In this document: one piece after another, positions 33,667 to 40,032 of the stretch
Layout: each line of letters opens with the position of its first letter
How positions within the stretch are numbered: position 1 is the stretch's first letter
Assembly: GCF_006345805.1 (NCBI RefSeq)
Contig: NW_021835415.1
Coordinates: forward strand, 1 to 40,032
Length of the DNA: 40,032 nucleotides
Origin: Octopus sinensis
Taxonomy: Eukaryota
Direction: 5' to 3'
Notes under the pieces: generated by a model
Told to the model about the DNA's origin: nothing
Seen by the model: only the letters and a program-made list of their open reading frames with translations
The model's database searches: none
Translations under genes and position numbers: made by a program

Positions 33667-34166
33667 CAGATATACGTATGTATGTATGTAAGTATGTATT
33701 TGCATATATATTATGTTGACTGTGCCATACGGGTTCTGAAAATCGCTAGAATGACTCGTAGTTTATCGGACTCTTCGGTAATTATTGCAAGACGGATCGT
33801 GTGTACGTCAATGATCCTCGCAGGCCTGTAGCAGAGGATGACGGTCATGTGGTCGCCTGTTAGCTTCACCGCCCGCTCTGGGAGGTGCATTCTCGTCATT
33901 TGATAGCGACCTGCTGTTTCCTGCTATTCCTGCCAATTGGGCGTGTTTTGACAGTAACGAGTCTGAAGGAAAGGAAGAAAGAGAACGGATCAGGAAGCAT
34001 CGTTCCTGAGTTGGACTAGCATTAAAGATGACACGAGGGAAGAATTTATCAGCAACGGATAAAACAAACCATCTATGTATGTATGTATGTATGTATGTAT
34101 GTATGTATGTATGTATGTATGTATGTATGTATGTATGTATTGTACGTATGTATGTATCTATGTATG

Positions 34167-34277
34167 TCATTAATCAGTTTATTTCAAGATTTCTCGCCAA
34201 TAGAGAAAGAACCGGTTTCTAACCTAGATCTAAGGTTCCTTCATTGGAATTTCAACATCAATAACAGAGCATTTTTT

Positions 34278-34309
<32 letters not shown>

Positions 34310-35526
34310 TGTATGTATGTATGTATGTATGTATGTATGCATGCATGTATGTATGTATGTCATTATTCAATTTATTTCAAGATTTCTCGCCAATAGAGAA
34401 AGAACCGGTTTCTAACCTAGATCTAAGGTTCCTTCATTGGAATTTCAACATCAATAACAGAGCATTTTTTATGTATGTATGTATGTATGTATGTATGTAT
34501 GTATGTGTGTGTGTATGTATTTGCAGATTTGTATGTTTTATGTATGTATTCTCATTATTAGCTTTCTCCCTTCTGGTTTTGAGAAGCCTAATTTTTCAAG
34601 ATTGGTATTTAGGCAGTGTGTTACAAATCCTAAGGCCCCAATAATTACAGGTATTAACCTGAACTTGTAATCTGGATGGAGTAAATGTAGATTTCTCAAT
34701 AGTTCAGCATAGGTGTTCTCTTTTTAAATTCTACAACTGCACACAATTTCTCTTCTCTATCCCAAATCATTATATCAGGTTTGTTATGCTTACATTTTAT
34801 TGAGAGCTTCACTGGTACATTCCACCAGTATTCCTTTTCATTGAGTGGCGATGGCGTCTACCATATTGTGGGTTTTTATTTCTTCCGAATGATTTCGTTA
34901 TAGAGTGTCCTAGCTACAATGTCATGTCTCATGGGTAGATAACACCGTGATGATATTTTCGGACAACTGCTTATGATGCGGGTGATATCTTCAGTGTGAA
35001 CTCCACAAAGTCTGCATCGCTTGTCACATTTTACGGCATGGCGTGTTAAACTGAAATAGAAGGGGTAAGTTGCTACATGTCTGGGATAAGCTGATACACT
35101 AACAATTAGCCCTGACCATGGATTTCTGGGGATTACCTCGTACACAGCACTAGCAATGCATGGCATCCACGACACACCTTCATGTATCGAAGGCAACTTC
35201 CAACACTTCCTAATGAGCCACAAGCTATTTCAGTAACACCACTTGTGCTTTAATAGTTAATGAAATAACTTTGTGGCAAAATTTCACTTTTGGGGTAAAG
35301 AATCGTTTTTTGAGCCATACCTTTCCTGGTAACAGCCTGCCAGTGCAATACACATGTGCAGTCATGATGCTATAGAGTTGGCCTTCACGAGGTAGAGACC
35401 TGAGTGCTACTTATTTCTTGAAATAGGAAACAATGGGCTTGTAACAACTTGCCGAGTAACAACTAGACCCGGTCTCCCCTACTTGGTTGATATTTCCTGT
35501 GCCTGGATTGCAAACGCATACCCTTC
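34167..35526 (-). pseudogene. 5'-truncated R4-like RLE LINE (family E) embedded in (CATA)n; CCHC zinc knuckle plus endonuclease
   Basis: EGYAFAIQAQEISTK [insert] AVKCDKRCRLCGVHTEDITRIISSCP...RHDIVA...YWWNVPV...HNKPDIMIWDRE...IPVIIGALG. (TATG)n lies on both sides; the terminal 3' segment is duplicated. Confidence 0.88.
35040..35479. mobile_element. Tc1/mariner-pogo-type DNA transposon remnant inserted into the family E LINE
   Basis: The right end on the minus strand reads TA-GGGGAGACCGGGTCTAGTTGTTAC..GGCAAGTTGTTACA. Inverted subterminal motifs GGGGTAAGTTGCTACA lie at about 35062. It splits the LINE reading frame. Confidence 0.6.
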
Positions 35527-35554
35527 TATGTATGTATGTATGTATGTATGTATG

Positions 35555-35586
<32 letters not shown>

Positions 35587-35843
35587 TGTATGTATGTTTT
35601 TCTTTCTGGGAGAGAGTTTAAGCCGGTCGCTAACAAAGCGAGAGGTTTTTGAGTTAAGCGAGTTCCCGGTGTTTGTAAATATGTGGTTGAGTCGGTGTTG
35701 GTTGAACTGTCGAGGCAGACACCCAAGTGTGTGCATCTGTTCACACAAGAATGTCGCATGGAGAATGTTTGGAATGTCTTACAAATCTTCACTGTGCCAC
35801 TGCTAGATTAGATTTGGAAAATCTGCCTCAGTTATTTTGCTAA

Positions 35844-35936
35844 GTATGTATGTATGTATGTATGTATGTATGTATGTATGTATGTATGTATGTATGTATG
35901 TATGTATGTATGTATGTATGTATGTATGTATGTATG
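35844..35936. repeat. (TATG)n microsatellite
   Basis: Directly visible. Confidence 0.98.
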
Positions 35937-36265
35937 TGAAGGCGCATGGTTCAGTGGTTAGAGCGTCGGCTCACGATAGTGAGTTCGATTCCAGGATTGG
36001 GCTATGTGTTGTGTTCTTGAGTAAGACATTTTATTTCACGTTGCTCCAGTTCACTCAGCTGTAGAAATGAGTTGCGACGTCACTGGTGCCAAGCTGTATC
36101 AGACTTTGCCTTTCCCCTTGGATAACATCGGTGGCGTGGAGAGGGGAATCTGGTATGCATGGGCGACCGCTAGTCTTCCATAAGCCACCTTGCCCGGACT
36201 AATGTCTCGGAGAGTAACTTTCTAGGTGCAATCCCATGGTCATTCATGACTGAAGGAGGTCTTTA
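35936..36265 (+). mobile_element. SINE family C, tail type C2
   Basis: A box TGGTTCAGTGG, B box GAGTTCGATTCC and the shared central domain, followed by a different 3' region. Confidence 0.88.
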
Positions 36266-36722
36266 ATCGTTATGTATGTATGTAAGCATGCTTGTCCTGG
36301 GGATGACTTTAAACTGCATCTGGTAGTGAGGCCCTGGTATGAGAGTTTCAGGGTTTTGAGGAGTGTCGAACCACCTCTTAACCACTATTGTTTACAAGTC
36401 TATTCCGACCCAGAATAGTAGTACATGTTAGGGGAATCCTATGGATTATCTAGCATGTGAACCACTTGCATTAAAGGGCTCCTAGTTCTCGTTAGAAATT
36501 AGTTCTAGAAGAAGGTAAACTCGTATAGAAAAACTTAAAGTGCAGTCTATGTCTGGTCGTCTCAAAGTTTGTTATGCTATTGGTTTTATAGCTGATTGCA
36601 CTGAAAAGTACGTTCTCCATTCAAAAGAAATTGAGGCAGAGGAACTTCTTAGACTCTCGGAATATTGGCTTGGAGTTACTGAGTTTAGAAATTGGCCTTA
36701 CCCAGTCACTAGTTGACTTCCA

Positions 36723-36756
<34 letters not shown>

Positions 36757-37293
36757 TCTATGTTTCTTGTGCAGCTGAAGATTGCTCTACACATAAAATT
36801 GATGTAATGTTTACTTTGTTCAATTAAATGGAGTCGCATGAAACGATCGTACGGCATTATCTCTGGATATCCTTGTTGCTTATTTTGATTATATATATGT
36901 TATGTGCTTGTAAATATGGATACATTTATATATTACATATATACATATAAGTTTATGTAAGCATATTTAAATGTTAATACATGTACACGTTCATATAGGT
37001 GCAGGAATTGATATAGATCTATAGATGTATATATTATACACCTTATACGTATTTGCGAGCGTCTCTGCATGTGTATATGGATTTATGTGTGTGCGTGTGT
37101 GTGTGTGTGTGTGTGCGTGTGTGCATGTGTACGCATGCGCGTGTGAGTATGTGTGTGCATGCATATAGATATATATACATAAATATAATTATAAATATGG
37201 TCTGGCATATTCCGAAGATGGTTGTGTTAGTTTGCGTCAGTAAGACTTGTATTAGATAGTAAAATCAATAAAAAAAATAATGAACTTGCCAAA

Positions 37294-37324
37294 CCAACGT
37301 TTCGGACAGAGTCCTTTTTCAGGA
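37294..37324 (-). ncRNA. Hammerhead-like motif with G8>A (CTGAAAA), probably inactive; Penelope-type
   Basis: Minus strand: TC-CTGAAAA-A-GGAC(TCT)GTCC-GAAACGTT-GG. Confidence 0.4.
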
Positions 37325-37389
37325 AAAGATGAAAGGAGAGAAATTAATGAAAGTCACACTGATTCTGTTTCTCAGTTTCTCTCACAATG

Positions 37390-37500
37390 GAATAAGTATT
37401 AGGCTTATAAAATAAGTCCTGACGTCGATTTGTTCGACTAAAAACCCTTCAAGGCAGTACCCAAGCATGGCCGCAAACAATTGACTGACAGAAGATAAGA
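37390..37500 (+). mobile_element. SINE family A tail fragment
   Basis: AATAAGTATTAGGCTT...GTCGATTTGTTCGACT...GCATGGCCGCA. Confidence 0.8.
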
Positions 37501-37520
37501 TATATATATATATATACATA

Positions 37521-37623
37521 GACGCAGGAGTGGCTGTGTGATTAGTAACTTGCTTACCAACCATATGATTCCGGGTTCAGTTCCACTGCGTGGCACCTTG
37601 GGCAAGTGTCTTCGACTATAGCC
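37521..37623 (+). mobile_element. SINE family A head fragment
   Basis: GACGCAGGAGTGGCTGTGTG...GGGTTCAGTTCC...CCTTGGGCAAGTGTCTTC. Confidence 0.88.
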
Positions 37624-37853
37624 TGCTCGTGAATTTAACGTGCAAGTGGCAGAACACTCCACAAACACGAGAACTCTTAACGTAGTTCTCAGGGAGATTC
37701 AGCAGGGGACAGAAATGACAAGGTTGGCCCTTTGAATTACATCCACCATTTTTGCCCGTTGAGCGGACTGGAACAACGTGAAATAAAGTGTCTTACCGCT
37801 GGAAATCGAACTCACGACTATGCGATCGTGAGCAGAATATCCACGCGCCTTCA
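37620..37853 (-). mobile_element. SINE family C, tail type C3, fused to the family A head
   Basis: Minus strand: GAAGGCGCGTGG...GAGTTCGATTTCC...TTTATTTCACGTTGTTCCAGTCC, followed by a third 3' sequence. Confidence 0.75.
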
Positions 37854-37903
37854 CAGAGGAGGAAGAATTTAAATAATTAAACCCAGAAGAGAACATATAA
37901 ACA

Positions 37904-37944
<41 letters not shown>

Positions 37945-37983
37945 TACATACATACATACATACATACATGCATACATATATAC

Positions 37984-38498
37984 AGACCTGATATAATGAT
38001 TTGGGATAGAGAAGAGAAACTGTACTGTTGTGGAAATTAGTTACCCAGCGGATGTTAACATAAAGTTGAAGATCAGTGAAAAAGAGAACACCTGTGCTGA
38101 ACTATTGAGAAATCTGCAGTTACTCTATTCAGATTACAAGTTCAGGTTTATATCTGTAATTATTGGGGTCCTGGGATATATAACACACTGTCTAGAAATT
38201 AGGCTTCTCAAAACCAGAGAGGAGAAAGCTAATCCGAAGATTACAGATCCAATCCATCACTGGAATTGTAAAAATCTGTAAAACTTACCAGAAGTTTATC
38301 ATTTAAATATATACGAGCATGTCTAGATATGCATAAGAATTCATGCATACATACATGCATGCATACATACATACATATATACATACATACAATAAAAAAC
38401 TGATGTTGATGTTGAAATTCCAGTGAAGGAACCTTGGATCTAGGTTAGAAGCCGGTTCTTTCTCTATTGGCAAGAAATCTTGAAATAAACTGAATAAT
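37984..38498 (+). pseudogene. 5'-truncated R4-like RLE LINE (family E), second copy
   Basis: RPDIMIWDREEKL/VVEISYPADVNIKLKISEKENTCAELLRNL...VIIGVLG...KICKTYQKFII*. The 3' UTR has internal (CATA)n and the same ~105-bp terminus as 34167 and 34360. Preceded by (CATA)n. Confidence 0.88.
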
Positions 38499-38509
38499 CA
38501 CACACACAC

Positions 38510-38600
<91 letters not shown>
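38510..38600. repeat. (GATA)n microsatellite
   Basis: Directly visible. Confidence 0.98.
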
Positions 38601-38602
<2 letters not shown>

Positions 38603-38623
38603 TAGATATATATGCATATATAG

Positions 38624-38737
38624 GACGGGCTCCTTTTAGTTTCCGTATACAAACCTACGCTTGTCCAAGGTGCCGAGCAGTGGGACTGAATCCTGAATTA
38701 TTTAGTTTGGAAGCAAGCTTCTTACCACACAGCCACT
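38624..38737 (-). mobile_element. SINE family A 5' half, internally deleted
   Basis: CCAAGGTGCC...GGGACTGAA...CTTACCACACAGCCAC. Confidence 0.8.
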
Positions 38738-38741
38738 TCTT

Positions 38742-38925
38742 TTATCTTTTACTCGTTTCACTCATTAGACCGCGGTCATGCTGGAGTACCGCCTTGATGA
38801 ATCGAGCGCAGTACTTATTTTCCCTTAAGTTTGGTAGTTATTCTATGGCCTAAGCGGTAAGTTACGGGGATGTAAACGCATCAACACCGGTTGACAAGCG
38901 TCACTAAGTGATAAAGACAGACACA
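38742..38925 (-). mobile_element. SINE family A 3' half
   Basis: TTTTACTCGTTTCACTCATTAGACCGCGGTCATGCTGGAG...CACCGGTTGACAAGCG. Confidence 0.8.
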
Positions 38926-39011
38926 TTATATATATAAATATTCCCAACCATTTTCTGATTCCTCCGACATGTCGGCTAATGAGATGTATAAAGCATTTCA
39001 GGTACTCTTTC

Positions 39012-39414
39012 TGACTCTTTTACTTGTTTCAGTCATTTGACTGCGGCCATGTTGGAGCACCGCCTTTAGTTGAGCAAATCGACCCCAGGACTTATTATTT
39101 GTAAGCCTAGTACTTATTCTACCGGTCTCTTTTGCCGAACCGCTAAGTTAAGGGGACGTAAACACACCAGCATCGGTTGTCAAGCGATGTTGGGGAGACA
39201 AACACAGACACACAAACATATACACACACATACATACATACATATATACATATATACGACGGGCTTCTTTCAATTTCCGTTTACCAAATCCACTCAGAAG
39301 GTTTTGGTCGGCCCGAGGCTATAGTAGAAGACACTTGCTCAAGGTGCCATGCAGTAGGACTGAACCCGAAACCATGTGGTTGGTAAGCAAGCTACATACC
39401 ACACAGCCACTCCT
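39012..39414 (-). mobile_element. SINE family A, near full length, young
   Basis: Closely matches 322-723. Confidence 0.93.
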
Positions 39415-39494
39415 GTATATTTGTATTAATAATTTTATACACCAGAATGTTTGTGAAAACGAGTTTGTAAAGTGTTTGTGCGGTGTGTTTGAAG

Positions 39495-39656
39495 GCGAGA
39501 GAGAAGAAAGCGAGAGAGAGAGACAGAGAGAAAAGGCGTAGGTTTTGTATGTGTGAAGTGGTGTGGATAGAGAGATAAATAGAAAACGAAAAAAGGAGAG
39601 GAAGAAATAAAGGTGCGAGTTACAGACAGTGAAATAGTGCTTGAGGAAGACAGATC

Positions 39657-39692
<36 letters not shown>

Positions 39693-39871
39693 GGGAGAGA
39701 GAGAGGGAGGGAGGGAGAGAAAGAAAAAGCAACATATAGTGTAAGGGATCTTTTCTAAAGAAAGGGTGGAAGTGAACTTAGAAAAGTAGAAGCGAAATGA
39801 GAGAATAATGAGAGAGAGAGAGAGGGGGGTACATTAGGGATAGTGAAGGTGAGAAGAGACAGAGGTGGAAC

Positions 39872-39903
<32 letters not shown>

Positions 39904-40022
39904 TGCGACGAAAAGAGAGAGCGAGTGGGAGAGAGAGAGTGGGTGAGAGAGTGGGAGAGAGAGGTAGAGAGAGAGAGGGAGAGTGGGTGAGAGAGTGGGA
40001 GAGAGAGAGGTAGAGAGAGAGT
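39495..40022. repeat. Purine-rich degenerate (GA)n tract with a ~40-bp internal duplication
   Basis: GAGTGGGTGAGAGAGTGGGAGAGA...GGTAGAGAGAGA at about 39937 and 39981. Confidence 0.85.
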
Positions 40023-40032
40023 ATGGCTGACG

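Noticed and set aside
33711-34072. GC-richer unique segment with short ORFs
   Set aside because: May be a LINE ORF1 fragment, but I recognise no motif with confidence.
35936-36000. tRNA-like sequences with A and B boxes (also 26720, 37521 and others)
   Set aside because: They lack a complete cloverleaf and continue into SINE bodies, so they are SINE heads and not tRNA genes.
36292-36450. Segment reminiscent of an ancient mollusc SINE body
   Set aside because: Single degraded copy in the window; the resemblance is from memory only.

Overview
Eukaryotic, AT-rich, almost entirely non-coding DNA (intron or intergenic) with extreme microsatellite density. The repeat landscape suggests an octopus or other coleoid cephalopod genome; this is inferred, not database-checked. 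No intact protein-coding gene is present, and nearly all listed ORFs are microsatellite or antisense-repeat artefacts. The window holds: three tRNA-headed SINE families (my labels A, B, C; B and C have exchangeable 3' tails); a ~560-bp non-coding element (D) always embedded in (AAT)n/(ATT)n; decayed 3' ends of restriction-like-endonuclease (R4/Dong-like) LINEs inside (AAT)n or (CATA)n arrays; Penelope-like remnants with GIY-YIG domains; (TA)n-flanked pseudo-LTR pieces with minimal hammerhead-ribozyme motifs; and hAT, pogo-type and long-hairpin MITEs. Possible host signals are a 40-nt micro-exon encoding MGNALSNGKS (N-myristoylation consensus) and a CCAAT/CRE/GC-box/Inr cluster near 17.8 kb. 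The most intriguing observations are apparent site-specific insertion of one SINE subfamily into its own relatives, a LINE apparently targeting (CATA)n, and an intact-core hammerhead motif. All calls come from reading the sequence by eye; boundaries of degraded elements are approximate.
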